Shown: positions 34,101 to 49,100 of the stretch, piece after piece
Layout: the number at the start of each line of letters is the position of its first letter
Position numbering within the stretch: the first letter of the stretch is position 1
Origin: Neoechinorhynchus agilis
Taxonomy: Eukaryota > Animalia > Acanthocephala
Assembly: GCA_051530055.1 (NCBI GenBank)
Contig: CM121341.1
Coordinates: 16,594,784-16,658,783 of the forward strand
Length of the DNA stretch: 64,000 nt
Direction: 5' to 3'
Translations under genes and position numbers: made by a program
Notes under the pieces: generated by a model
Seen by the model: only the letters and a program-made list of their open reading frames with translations
Databases searched by the model: none
Told to the model about the DNA's origin: nothing

Positions 34101-37100
34101 GATGACGTAAGAATACGTCCGAACCAAGATGAGCAAGTTAACAGAAGTATCGGCGGTAACTATTAAAGCGAGGACTATTAATAAACGTATTCATGGATAA
34201 AAACCGAAACAATACAACGAACATGAAAACGAATAAAAGCATTGAATATAAAAATTAAAAAGCATCGCGTCAATTTTCTAACGTTCAATCGATGACGTAA
34301 GAATACGTCCGAACTAAGATGGGCAAGTTAACAGAAGTTTTCGCGGCAACTATTAAAGCGAGGAATACGAATAAACGTATTCATCGATAAAAAACAGAAA
34401 CACTACAACGAACATGAAAACGAATAAAAGAATTGAATATCAAAATGGAAAAGCATCGCGTCAATTTTTTCACGTGCAATCGATGACGTAAGAATACGTT
34501 CGTACCAAGATGAGCAAGTTAACAGAAGTATTCGCGGCAACTATTAAAGCGAGGACTATGAATAAACGTATTGATCGATAAAAACCGAAACAATACAACG
34601 AACATGAAAACGAACAAAAGCATTGAATATAAAAATGAAAGAGCATTGCGTCAATTTTTTCATTTGGAATCGATGACTTAAGAATACGTCTGAACCACGA
34701 TGAGCAAGTTAACAGAAGTATTCGCGGCAACTATTAAAGCGAGGACTACGAATAAACGTATCCATTGATAAAAAAACCGAAACACTACAACGAACATGAA
34801 AACGAATGAAAGCATTGAATATAAAAATGAAAAAGCATCGCGTCAATTTTTCACGTGCAATTGACGACGTAAGAAAACGTCCGAACCAAGATGAGCAAGT
34901 CAACAGAAGTATCCGCGTTAACTATTAAAGCGAGGACTATGAATAAACGTATTCATCGTTAAAAACCGAAACAATACAACGAACATGAAAACGAATAAAA
35001 GCATTGAATATAAAAATTAAAAAGCATCGCGTCAATTTTCTAACGTTCAATCGATGACGTAAGAATACGTCCGAACTAAGATGGGCAAGTTAACAGAAGT
35101 TTTCGCGGACACTATTAAAGCGAGGACTATGATTAAACGTATTCATCGATGAAAAACCGAAACACTACAACCATCATGAAACGAATAAAAGTATTGAATA
35201 TCAAAATTAAAACGCACCGCGTCAATTTTTTCACGTGCAATCCATGACGTAAGAATACGTCCGAACTAAGATGGGCAAGTTAACAGAAGTATTCACTGCA
35301 GCTAATAAAGCGAGGACTACGAATAAACGTATTCATCGATGAAAAACCGAAACACTACAACCAACATGAAAACGAATAAAAGTATTGAATATAAAAATTA
35401 AAGAGCATCGCGTCAATTTTTTCACGTGCAATCGATGACGTAAGAATACGTCCGAACCAAGATGAGCAAGTTAACAGAAGTATTCGCGGCAACTATTAAA
35501 GCGAGGACTACGAATAAACGTATTCATCGATGAAAAACCGAAACACAACAACGAACATGAAAACGAATAAAAGCATTATATATAAAAATTAAAAAGCATC
35601 GCGTCAATTTTTTAACGTTCAATCGATGACGTAAGAATACGTCCGAACCAGGATGGGCATTTTAACACAAGTATTCGCGGCAACTATTAAAGCGAGGACT
35701 ACGAATAAACGTATTCATCAATGAAAAACCGAAACACTACAACGAACATGATAACGAATAAAAGTATTGAATATAAAAATTAAAAAGCATCGCGCAATTT
35801 TTCACGTGCTATCGATGACGTAAGAATACGTCCGAACCAAGATGAGCAAGTTAACAGAAGTATTCGCTGCAGCTATTAAACCGAGGACTACGAATAAACG
35901 CATTCATCAATGACAAACCGAAACACTACAACCAACATGAAAACGAATAAAAGTATTTAATATAAAAATTAAAAAGCATCGCGTCAATTTTTTCACGTGC
36001 AATCGGTGACGTAAGAATACTTCCGAACAAAGATGAGCAAGTTAACAGAAGTATTCGCTGCAGCTATTAAAGCGAGGACATGACAAAGCATCGCGTATTT
36101 TTACACGTTCAATCGATGACGTAAGAATACGTCCGAACCAAGATGGGCAAGTTAACAGAAGTATTCGCTGCAGCTATTAAAGCGAGGACATGAAAAAGCA
36201 TCGCGTAATTTTTTCACGTTCAATCGATGACGTAAGAATACGTCCGAACCAAGATGGGCAAGTTAACATAAGTATTCGCGGCTACTATTAAAGCGAGGAC
36301 TACGAGTAAACGTATTCATCGATGAAAAACCGAAACAATGCAACGAACATGAAAACGAACAAAAGCATTGAATATAAAAATTAAAAAGCATCGTGTCAAT
36401 TTTTTTCACGTTCAATAAGTGACGTAAGAATACTTCCGAACAAAGATGGGCAAGTTATCAGAAGTATTCGCGGCAACTATTAAAGCGAGGACTACGAATA
36501 AACGTATCCATCGATAAAAAACCGAAACACTACAATGAACATGAAAACGAATAAAAGCATTGAATATAAAAATTCAAAAGCATCGCGTCAATTTTTTCAC
36601 GTTCAATCGATGACGAAAGAATACGTCCGAACAAAGATGGGCAAGTTAACATAAGTATTCGCGGCTACTATTAAAGCGAGGACTACGAATAAACGTATTC
36701 ATCGATAAAAAACCGAAACACTACAACAAAGATGAAAACGATTAAAACCATTGAATATGAAAATGGAAAAGCACCGCGTAAATTTTTTTCACGTGCAATC
36801 GATGACGTAAGAATACGTTCGTACCAAGATGAGCAAGTTAACAGAAGTATTCGCGGCAACTATTAAAGCGAGGACTACGAATAAACGTATCCATCGATAA
36901 AAAACCGAAACACTACAATGAACATGAAAACGAATAAAAGCATTGAATATAAAAATTCAAAAGCATCGCGTCAATTTTTTCACCTTCAATCGATGAGGTA
37001 AGAATACGTCCGCACCAAGATGAGCAAGTTAACAGAAGTATTCGCGGCAACTATTAAAGCGAGGACTATGATTAAACGTATTCATCGATAAAAACAGAAA

Positions 37101-40100
37101 CACTACAACGAACATGAAAACGAATATAAGCATTGAATATAAAAATGAAAAAGCATCGCGTCAATTTTTTCACGTTCAATCGATGAAGTAAGAATACGTC
37201 CGAACCAAGATGGGCAAGTTAACATAAGTATTCGCGGCTACTGTTAAAGCGAGGACTACCAGTAAACGTACTCATCGATGAAAAACATAAACAATACAAC
37301 GAACATGAAAACGAACAAAAGCATTGAATATAAAAATGAAAAGGCATCGCGTCAATTTTTTCACGTTCAATCGATGACATAAGAATTCATCCGAACCAAG
37401 ATGGGCAAGTTAACAGAAGTATTCGCGGCAACTATTAAAGCGAACACTACGAATATACGTATTCATCGATGAAAAACCGAAATACTGCAATGAACATGAA
37501 AACGAATAAAAGCATTGAATATAAAAATGAAAAAGTATCGCGTCAATTTTTTCACTTGCAATCGATGACGTAAGAATACGTCTGAACCGAGATGAGCAAG
37601 TTAATAGAAGTATTCGCTGCAGCTATTAAAGCGAGGACTACGAATAAACGTATCCATTGATAAAAAACCGAAACACTACAATGAACATGAAAACGAATAC
37701 AAGCATTGAATATAAAAATTAAAAAGCATCGCGTCAATTTTTTCACGTTCAATCGATGACGTAAGAATACGTCCGAACCAAGATGGGCATTTTAACACAT
37801 ATATTCGCGGCAACTATTAAAGCGAGGACTACGAATAAACGTAGTCATCGATGAAAAACCGAAACACTAGAATGAACATGAAAACGAATAAAAGCATTGA
37901 ATATAAAAATTAAAAAGCATCGCGTCAATTTTTTAACTTGCAATCGATGACGTAAGAATACGTCCGAACCAAGATGAGCAAGTTAACATAAGTATTCGCG
38001 GCAACAATTAAAGCCAGGACTACGAATAAACCTATTCATCGATGAAAAACCGAAACACTACAACAAACATGAAAACGAATAAAAGCATTGAATATAAAAA
38101 TGAAAAAGCACCGCGTCAATTTTTTCACGTGGAATAGATGATGTAAGAATACGTCCGAACCAAGATAAGCAAGTCCACAGAAGTATTCGCGGCAACTATT
38201 AAAGCGAGGTCAACGAAAAAACGTATTCATCGATAAAAAAACCGAAACAATAGAACGAACATGAAAACGAATAAAAGCATCTAATATAAAAATTAAAAAG
38301 CATCGCATCAATTTTTTCATTTGGAATCGATGACTAAAGAATACGTCTGAACCACGATGAGCAAGTTAACAGAAGTATTCGCGGCAACTATTAAAGCGAG
38401 GACTACGAATAAACGTATTCATCGATGAAAAACCGAAACAACAACGAACATGAAAACGAATAAAAGCATTGAATATAAGAATTAAAAAGCATCGCGTCAA
38501 TTTTTTCACGTTCAATCGATGACGTAAGAATACGTCCGAACCAAGATGAGCAAGTTAACAGAAGTATTCGCGGCAACTATTAAAGCGAGGACTACGAATA
38601 AACGTATTCATCGATAAAAACCAAAACACTACAACGAACATGAAAACGAATAAAAGCATTGAATATAAAAATGAAAAAGCATCGCGTCAATTTTTTCACG
38701 TGCAATCGATGACGTAAGAATACGTCCGAACCAAGATGAGCAAGTTAACAGAAGTATTCGCGGCAACTATTAAAGCGAGGACTACGAATAAACGTATCCA
38801 TCGATAAAAAACCGAAACACTACAATGAACATGAAAACGAATAAAAGCATTGAATATAAAAATTAAAAAGCATCGCGTCAATTTTTCACGTGCAATCGAT
38901 GACGTAAGAATACGTCCGAACCAAGATGAGCAAGTTAACAGAAGTATTCGCGGCAACTATTAAAGCGAGGACTACGAATAAACGTATCCATTGATAAAAA
39001 ACCGAAACACTACAATGAACATGAAAACGAATAAAAGCATTGAATATAAAAATTAAAAAGCATCGCGTCAATTTTTTCACGTTCAATCGATGACGTAAGA
39101 ATACGTCCGAACCAAGATGAGCAAGTTAACAGAAGTATTCGCGGCAACTATTAAAGCGAGGACTATGAGTAAACGTATTCATCGATAAAAACCGAAACAA
39201 TACAACGAACATGAAAACGAACAAAAGCATTGAATATAAAAATGAAAAAGCATCGCGTCAATTTTTTCACGTGCAATCGATGACGTAAGAATACGTCCGA
39301 ACCAAGATGAGCAAGTTAACAGAAGTATTCGCGGCAACTATTAAAGCGAGGACTACGAATAAACGTATTCATCGATAAAAACCGAAACACTACAACGAAC
39401 ATGAAAACGAATAAAAGCATTGAATATAAAAATGAAAAAGCATCGCGTCAATTTTTTCACGTGCAATCGATGACGTAAGAAACGTCCGAACCAAGATGAG
39501 CAAGTTAACAGAAGTATTCGCCGCAACTATTAAAGCGAGGACTACGAATAAACGTATTCATCGATGAAAAACCGAAACACTACAACGAACATGAAAACGA
39601 ATAAAAGCATTGAATATAAAAATTAAAAAGCATCGCGTCAATTTTTTCACGTTCAATCGATGACGTAAGAATACGTCCGAACCAAGATGGGCAAGTTAAC
39701 AGAAGTATTCGCGGCAACTATTAAAGCGAGGACTACGAATAAACGTATTCATCGATGAAAAACCGAAACACTACAACGAACATGAAAACGAATAAAAGCA
39801 TTGAATATAAAAATTAAAAAGCATCGCGTCAATTTTTTAACGTGCAATCGATGACGTAAGAATACGTCCGAACCAAGATGAGCAAGTTAACATAAGTATT
39901 CGCGGCAACAATTAAAGCGAGGACTACGAATAAACTATTCATCGATGAAAAACCGAAACACTACAACAAACATGAAAACGAATAAAGCATTTATAAAAAT
40001 GAAAAAGCACCGCGTCAATTTTTTCACGTGGAATAGATGATGTAAGAATACGTCCGAACCAAGATGAGCAAGTTAACAGAAGTATTCGCGGCAACTATTA

Positions 40101-43100
40101 AAGCGAGGACTACGAATAAACGTATTCATCGATGAAAAACCGAAACAATACAACGAACATGAAAACGAATAAAAGCATTGAATATAAAAATTAAAAAGCA
40201 TCGCGTCAATTTTTTCATTTGGAATCGATGACTAAAGAATACGTCTGAACCACGATGAGCAAGTTAACAGAAGTATTCGCGGCAACTATTAAAGCGAGGA
40301 CTACGAATAAACGTATTCATCGATGAAAAACCGAAACAACAACGAACATGAAAACGAATAAAAGCATTGAATATAAGAATTAAAAAGCATCGCGTCAATT
40401 TTTTCACGTTCAAACGATGACGTAAGAATACGTCCGTACCAAGATGAGCAAGTTAACAGAAGTTTTCGCGGCAACTATTAAAGCGAGGACTGCGAATAAA
40501 CGTATTCATCGATAAAAAACAGAAACACTACAACGAACATGAAAACGAATAAAAGAATTGAGTATCAAAATGGAAAAGGATCGCGTCAATTTTTTCACGT
40601 GCAATCGATGACGTAAGAATACGTCCGAACAAAGATGAGCAAGTTAACAGAAGTATTCGCGGCAACTATTAAAGCGAGGACTACGAATAAACGTATTCAT
40701 CGATGAAAAACCGAAACACTACTACGAACATGAAAACGAATAAAAGCATTGAATATAAAAATGAAAAAGCATCGCATCAATTTTTTCATTTGGAATCGAT
40801 GACTAAAGAATACGTCTGAACCACGATGAGCAAGTTAACAGAAGTATTCGCGGCAACTATTAAAGCGAGGACTACGAATAAACGTATTCATCGATGAAAA
40901 ACCGAAACAACAACGAACATGAAAACGAATAAAAGCATTGAATATAAGAATTAAAAAGCATCGCGTCAATTTTTTCACGTTCAAACGATGACGTAAGAAT
41001 ACGTCCGTACCAAGATGAGCAAGTTAACAGAAGTTTTCGCGGCAACTATTAAAGCGAGGACTGCGAATAAACGTATTCATCGATAAAAAAACAGAAACAC
41101 TACAACGAACATGAAAACGAATAAAAGAATTGAGTATCAAAATGGAAAAGGATCGCGTCAATTTTTTCACGTGCAATCGATGACGTAAGAATACGTTCGT
41201 ACCAAGATGAGCAAGTTAACAGAAGTATTCGCTGCAACTATTAAAGCGAGGACTACGAATAAACGTATCCATTGATAAAAAACCGAAACACTACAATGAA
41301 CATGAAAACGAATAAAAGCATTGAATATAAAAACTAAAAAGTATCGCGTCAATTTTTCACGTGCAATCGATGACGTAAGAATACGTAGGAACCAAGATGA
41401 GCATGTTAACAGAAGTATCCGCGGTAACTATTAAAGCGAGGACTACGAATAAACGTATCCATTGATAAAAAACCGAAACACTACAATGAACATGAAAACG
41501 AATAAAAGCATTGAATATAAAAATTAAAAAGCATCGCGTCAATTTTCTAACGTTCAATCGATGACGTAAGAATACGTCCGAACCAAGATGAGCAAGTTAA
41601 CAGAAGTATTCGCGGCAACTATTAAAGCGAGGACTATGAGTAAACGTATTAATCGATAAAAACCGAAACAATACAACGAACATGAAAAGGAACAAAAGCA
41701 TCGAATATAAAAGTGAAAAAGCATCGCGTCAATTTTTTCACGTGCAATGGATGACTTAAGAATACGTCCGAACCAAGATGAGCAAGTTAACAGAAGTATT
41801 CGCGGCAACTATTAAAGCGAGGACTACGAATAAACGTATTAATCGATAAAAACCGAAACACTACAACCAACATGAAAACGAACAAAAGCATTGAATATAA
41901 AAATGAAAAAGCATCGCGTAAATTTTTTCACGTGCAATCGATGACGTAAGAAATGTTCGAACCAAGATGAGCAAGCTAACAGAAGTATTCGCCGCAACTA
42001 TTAAAGCGAGGACTACGAATAAACATATTTATCGATGAAAAACCGAAACACTACAACGAACATGAAAACGAATAAAAGCATTGAATATAAAAATTAAAAA
42101 GCATCGCGTCAATTTTTTCACGTGCAATCGATGACGTAAGAATACGTCCGAACCAAGATGAGCAAGTTAACAGAAGTATTCGCGGCAACTATTAAAGCGA
42201 GGACTACGAATAAACGTATTCATCGATGAAACACCGAAACAACAACGAACATGAAAACGAATAAAAGCATTGAATATAAGAATTAAAAAGCATCGCGTCA
42301 ATTTTTTAACGTTCAACCGATGACGTAAGAATACGTCCGAACAAAGATGGGCAAGTTAACAGAAGTATTCGCCGCAACTATTAAAGCGAGGACTACGAAT
42401 AAACGTATTCACCGATGAAAAACCGAAACACAGCAACGAAGATGAAAACGAATAAAAGCATTGAATATAAAAATTAAAAAGCATCGCGTCAATTTTTTCA
42501 CGTTCAATCGATGACGTAAGAATACGTCCGAACAAAGATGGGCAAGTTAACAGAAGTATTCGCGGCAACTATTAAAGCGAGGACTACGAATAAACGTATT
42601 CATCGATGAAAAACCGAAACACTACAACGAACATGAAAACGAATAAAAGCATTGAATATAAAAATTAAAAAGCATCGCGTCAATTTTTTCACGTGCAATC
42701 GATGACGTAAGAATACGTCCGAACAAAGATGAGCAAGTTAACAGAAGTATTCGCGGCAACTATTAAAGCGAGGAATACGAATAAACGTATTCATCGATGA
42801 AAAACCGAAACACTACTACGAACATGAAAACGAATAAAAGCATTGAATATAAAAATGAAAAAGCATCGCATCAATTTTTTCATTTGGAATCGATGACTAA
42901 AGAATACGTCTGAACCACGATGAGCAAGTTAACAGAAGTATTCGCGGCAACTATTAAAGCGAGGACTACGAATAAACGTATTCATCGATGAAAAACCGAA
43001 ACAACAACGAACATGAAAACGAATAAAAGCATTGAATATAAGAATTAAAAAGCATCGCGTCAATTTTTTCACGTTCAAACGATGACGTAAGAATACGTCC

Positions 43101-46100
43101 GTACCAAGATGAGCAAGTTAACAGAAGTTTTCGCGGCAACTATTAAAGCGAGGACTGCGAATAAACGTATTCATCGATAAAAAAACAGAAACACTACAAC
43201 GAACATGAAAACGAATAAAAGAATTGAGTATCAAAATGGAAAAGGATCGCGTCAATTTTTTCACGTGCAATCGATGACGTAAGAATACGTTCGTACCAAG
43301 ATGAGCAAGTTAACAGAAGTATTCGCTGCAACTATTAAAGCGAGGACTACGAATAAACGTATCCATTGATAAAAAACCGAAACACTACAATGAACATGAA
43401 AACGAATAAAAGCATTGAATATAAAAATTAAAAAGCATCGCGTCAATTTTCTAACGTTCAATCGATGACGTAAGAATACGTCCGAACCAAGATGAGCAAG
43501 TTAACAGAAGTATTCGCGGCAACTATTAAAGCGAGGACTATGAGTAAACGTATTAATCGATAAAAACCGAAACAATACAACGAACATGAAAAGGAACAAA
43601 AGCATCGAATATAAAAGTGAAAAAGCATCGCGTCAATTTTTTCACGTGCAATGGATGACTTAAGAATACGTCCGAACCAAGATGAGCAAGTTAACAGAAG
43701 TATTCGCGGCAACTATTAAAGCGAGGACTACGAATAGACGTATTAATCGATAAAAACCGAAACACTACAACCAACATGAAAACGAACAAAAGCATTGAAT
43801 ATAAAAATGAAAAAGCATCGCGTAAATTTTTTCACGTGCAATCGATGACGTAAGAAATGTTCGAACCAAGATGAGCAAGCTAACAGAAGTATTCGCCGCA
43901 ACTATTAAAGCGAGGACTACGAATAAACATATTTATCGATGAAAAACCGAAACACTACAACGAACATGAAAACGAATAAAAGCATTGAATATAAAAATTA
44001 AAAAGCATCGCGTCAATTTTTTCAAGTGCAATCGATGACGTAAGAATACGTCCGAACCAAGATGAGCAAGTTAACAGAAGTATTCGCGGCAACTATTAAA
44101 GCGAGGACTACGAATAAACGTATCCATTGATAAAAAACCGAAACACTACAATGAACATGAAAACGAATAAAAGCATTGAATATAAAAATTAAAAAGCATC
44201 GCGTCAATTTTTTAACGTTCAATCGATGACGTAAGAATACGTCCGAACCAAGATGAGCAAGTTAACAGAAGTATTCGCGGCAACTATTAAAGCGAGGACT
44301 ATGAGTAAACGTATTAATCGATAAAAACCGAAACAATACAACGAACATGAAAAGGAACAAAAGCATCGAATATAAAAGTGAAAAAGCATCGCGTCAATTT
44401 TTTCACGTGCAATGGATGACGTAAGAATACGTCCGAACCAAGATGAGCAAGTTAACAGAAGTATTCGCGGCAACTATTAAAGCGAGGACTACGAATAAAC
44501 GTATTCATCGATAAAAACCGAAACACAGCAACGAAGATGAAAACGAATAAAAGCATTGAATATAAAAATTAAAAAGCATCGCGTCAATTTTTTCACGTTC
44601 AATCGATGACGTAAGAATACGTCAGAACAAAGATGGGATAGTTAACAGAAGTATTCGCGGCAACTATTAAAGCGAGGACTACGAATAAACGTATTCATCG
44701 ATGAAAAACCGAAACACTACAACGAACATGAAAACGAATAAAAGCATTGAATATAAAAATTAAAAAGCATCGCGTCAATTTTTTCACGTGCAATCGATGA
44801 CGTAAGAATACGTCCGAACAAAGATGAGCAAGTTAACAGAAGTATTCGCGGCAACTATTAAAGCGAGGACTACGAATAAACGTATTCATCGATGAAAAAC
44901 CGAAACACTACTACGAACATGAAAACGAATAAAAGCATTGAATATAAAAATGAAAAAGCATCGCTTCAATTTTTCCACGTTCAATCGATGACGTAAGAAT
45001 ACGTCCGTACCAAGATGACCAAGTTAACAGAAGTATTCGCGGCAACTATTAAAGCGAGGACTACGAATAAACGTATTCATCGATGAAAAACCGAAACACT
45101 ACAACGAACATGAAAACGAATAAAAGCATTGAATATAAAAATTAAAAAGCATCGCGTCAATTTTTTCACGTGCAATCGGTGGCGTAAGAATACTTCCGAA
45201 CAAAGATGAGCAAGTTAACAGAAGTATTCGCTGCAACAATTAAAGCGAGGACTACGAATAAACATATTCATCGATGAAAAACCGAAATACCACAACGAAC
45301 ATGAAAACGAATAAAAGCATTGAATATAAAAATTAAAAAGCATCGCGTCAATTTTTTCACGTGCAATCGATGACGTAAGAATACGTTCGTACCAAGATGA
45401 GCAAGTTAACAGAAGTATTCGCTGCAACTATTAAAGCGAGGACTACGAATAAACGTATCCATTGATAAAAAACCGAAACACTACAATGAACATGAAAACG
45501 AATAAAAGCATTGAATATAAAAATTAAAAAGTATCGCGTCAATTTTTCACGTGCAATCGATGACGTAAGAATACGTCCGAACCAAGATTAGCAAGTTAAC
45601 AGAAGTATTCGCTGCAACTATTAAAGCGAGGACTACGAATAAACGTATTCATCGATGAAAAACCGAAAAACTACTACGAACATGAAAACGAATAAAAGCA
45701 TTGAATATAAAAATGAAAAAGCATCGCTTCAATTTTTCCACGTTCAATCGATGACGTAAGAGTACGTCCGTACCAAGATGACCAAGTTAACAGAAGTATT
45801 CGCGGCAACTATTAAAGCGAGGACTACGAATAAACGTATTCACCGATGAAAAACCGAAAGACGGCAACGAAGATGAAAACGATCAAAAGCATCGAATATA
45901 AAAGTGAAAAAGCATCGCGTCAATTTTTTTCACGTGCAATCGATGACGTAAGAATACGTCCGAACCAAGATTAGCAAGTTAACATAAGTTTTCGCGGCAA
46001 CTATTAAAGCGAGGACTACGAATAAACGTATTCATCGATGAAAAACCGAAACACTACAACCAACATGAAAACGAATAAAAGCATTTAATATAAAAATGAA

Positions 46101-49100
46101 AAAGAATCGCGTCAATTTTTTCACGTTCTATCGATGACGTAAGAATACGTCCGAACCAAGATGATCAAGCCAACAGAAGTATTCCCGGCAACTATTAAAG
46201 CGAGGACTACGAATAAACGTATTCATCGATGAAAAACCGAAACACTACAACGAACATGATAACGAATAAAAGTATTGAATATAAAAGTGAAAAAGCATCG
46301 CGTCAATTTTTTCACTTGCAATCGATGACGTAAGAATACGTCCGAACCAGGATGATCAAGTTAACAGAAGTATTCGCGGCAACAATTAAAGCGAGGACTA
46401 CGAGTAAACATATTCATCGATGAAAAACCGAAATACCACAACGAACATGAAAACGAATAAAAGCATTGAATATAATAATTAAAAAGCATCGCGTCAATTT
46501 TTTCACGTGCAATCGATGACGTAGGAATACGTCCGAACCAAGATGATCAAGCCAACAGAAGTATTCCAGGCAACTATTAAAGCGAGGACTACGAATAAAC
46601 GTATTCATCGATGAAAAACCGAAACACTACAACGAACATGAAAAGGAACAAAAGCATCGAATATAAAAGTGAAAAAGCATCGCGTCAATTTTTTCACGTG
46701 CAATGGATGACGTAAGAATACGTCCGAACCAAGATGAGCAAGTTCACAGAAGTATTCGCGGCAACAATTAAAGCGAGGACTACGAATAAACGTATTCATC
46801 GATGAAATACCGAAACACAACAACGAACATGAAAACGAATAAAAGCATTTAATATCAAAATTAAAAAGCATCGCGTCAATTTTTTCACGTTCAATCGATG
46901 ACGTAAGAATACGTCCGAACCAAGATGGGCAAGTTAACAGAAGTATTCGCGGCAACTATTAAAGCGAGGACTACGAATAAACGTATTCATCGATGAAAAA
47001 CCGAAACACTACAACGAACATGAAAACGAATAAAAGCATTGAATATAAAAATTAAAAAGCATCGCGTCAATTTTTTCACGTGCAATCGATGACGTAAGAA
47101 TACGTCCGAACCAAGATGAGCAAGTTAACAGAAGTATTCGCTGCAACTATTAAAGCGAGGACTACGAATAAACGTATTCATCAATGACAAACCGAAACAC
47201 TACAACCAACATGAAAACGAATAAAAGTATTTAATATAAAAATTAAAAAGCATCGCGTCAATTTTTTCACGTGCAATCGATGACGTAAGAATACGTCCGA
47301 ACCAAGATGAGCAAGTTAACAGAAGTATTCGCTGCAGCTATTAAAGCGAGGACTACGAATAAACGTATTCATCAATGACAAACCGAAACACTACAACCAA
47401 CATGAAAACGAATAAAAGTATTTAATATAAAAATTAAAAAGCATCGCGTCAATTTTTTCACGTGCAATCGGTGACGTAAGAATACTTCCGAACAAAGATG
47501 AGCAAGTTAACAGAAGTATTCGCGGCAACTATTAAAGCGAGGACTACGAATAAACGTATTACTCGATGAAAAACCGAAACACTACGACGAACATAAAAAC
47601 GAATAAAAGCATTGAATATAAAAATGAAAAAGCATCGCTTCAATTTTTCCACGTTCAATCGATGACGTAAGAGTACGTCCGTACCAAGATGAGCAAGTTA
47701 ACAGAAGTATTCGCGGCAACTATTAAAGCGAGGACTACGAATAAACGTATTCATCGATTAAAAACGGAAACAACAACGAAGATGAAAACGAATAAAAGCA
47801 TAGAATATAAGAATTAAAAAGCATCGCGTCAATTTTTTCACGTGCAATCGATGACGTAAGAATACGTCCGAACCAAGATGAGCAAGTTAACAGAAGTATT
47901 CGCCGCAACTATTAAAGCGAGGACTACGAATAAACATATTTATCGATGAAAAACCGAAACACTACAACGAACATGAAAACGAATAAAAGCATTGAATATA
48001 AAAATTAAACAGCATCGCGTCAATTTTTTCACGTTCAATCGATGATGTAAGAATACGTCCGAACCAAGATGAGCAAGTTAACAGAAGTATTCGCGGCAAC
48101 TATTAAAGCGAGGACTATGGGTAAACGTATTAATCGATAATAACCGAAACAATACAACGAACATGAAAAGGAACAAAAGCATCGAATATAAAAGTGAAAA
48201 AGCATCGCGTAATTTTTTTCACGTACAATCGATGACATAAGAAATGTTCGAACCAAGATGAGCAAGCAAACAGAAGTATTCCCGGCAACGATTAAAGCGA
48301 GGACTATGAATAAACGTATTCATCGATGAAAAACCGAAACAACAACGTACATTAAAACGAAAAAAAGCATTGATTATAAGAATTAAAAAGCATCGCGTCA
48401 ATTTTTTCACGTTCAACCAATGACGTAAGAATACGTCCAAACCAAGATGAGCAAGTTAACAGAAGTATTCGCTGCAACTATTAAAGGGAGGACTACGAAT
48501 AAACGTATTCATCGATGAAAAACCGAAACAACAACGAACATGAAAACGAATAAAAGCATTGAATATAAGAATTAAAAAGCATCGCGTCAATTTTTTCACG
48601 TTCAACCAATGACGTAAGAATACGTCCGAACCAAGATGAGCAAGTTAACAGAAGTATTCGCCGCAACTATTAAAGCGAGGACTACGAATAAACGTATTCA
48701 CCGATGAAAAACCGAAACACAGCAACGAAGATGAAAACGAATAAAAGCATTGAATACAAAAATCAAAAAAAGCATCGCGTCAATTTTTTCACGTTCAATC
48801 GATGACGTTAGAATACGTCAGAACAAAGATGGGCAAGTTAACAGAAGTATTCGCGGCAACTATTAAAGCGAGGACTACGAATAAACGTATTCATCGATGA
48901 AAAACCGAAACACTACAACGAACATGAAAACGAATAAAAACATTGAATATAAGAATTAAAAAGCATCGCGTCAATTTTTTCACGTTCAACCGATGACGTA
49001 AGAATACGCCCGAACAAAGATGGGCAAGCTAACAGAAGTATTCGCCGCAACTATTAAAGCGAGGACTACGAATAAACATATTTATCGATGAAAAACTGAA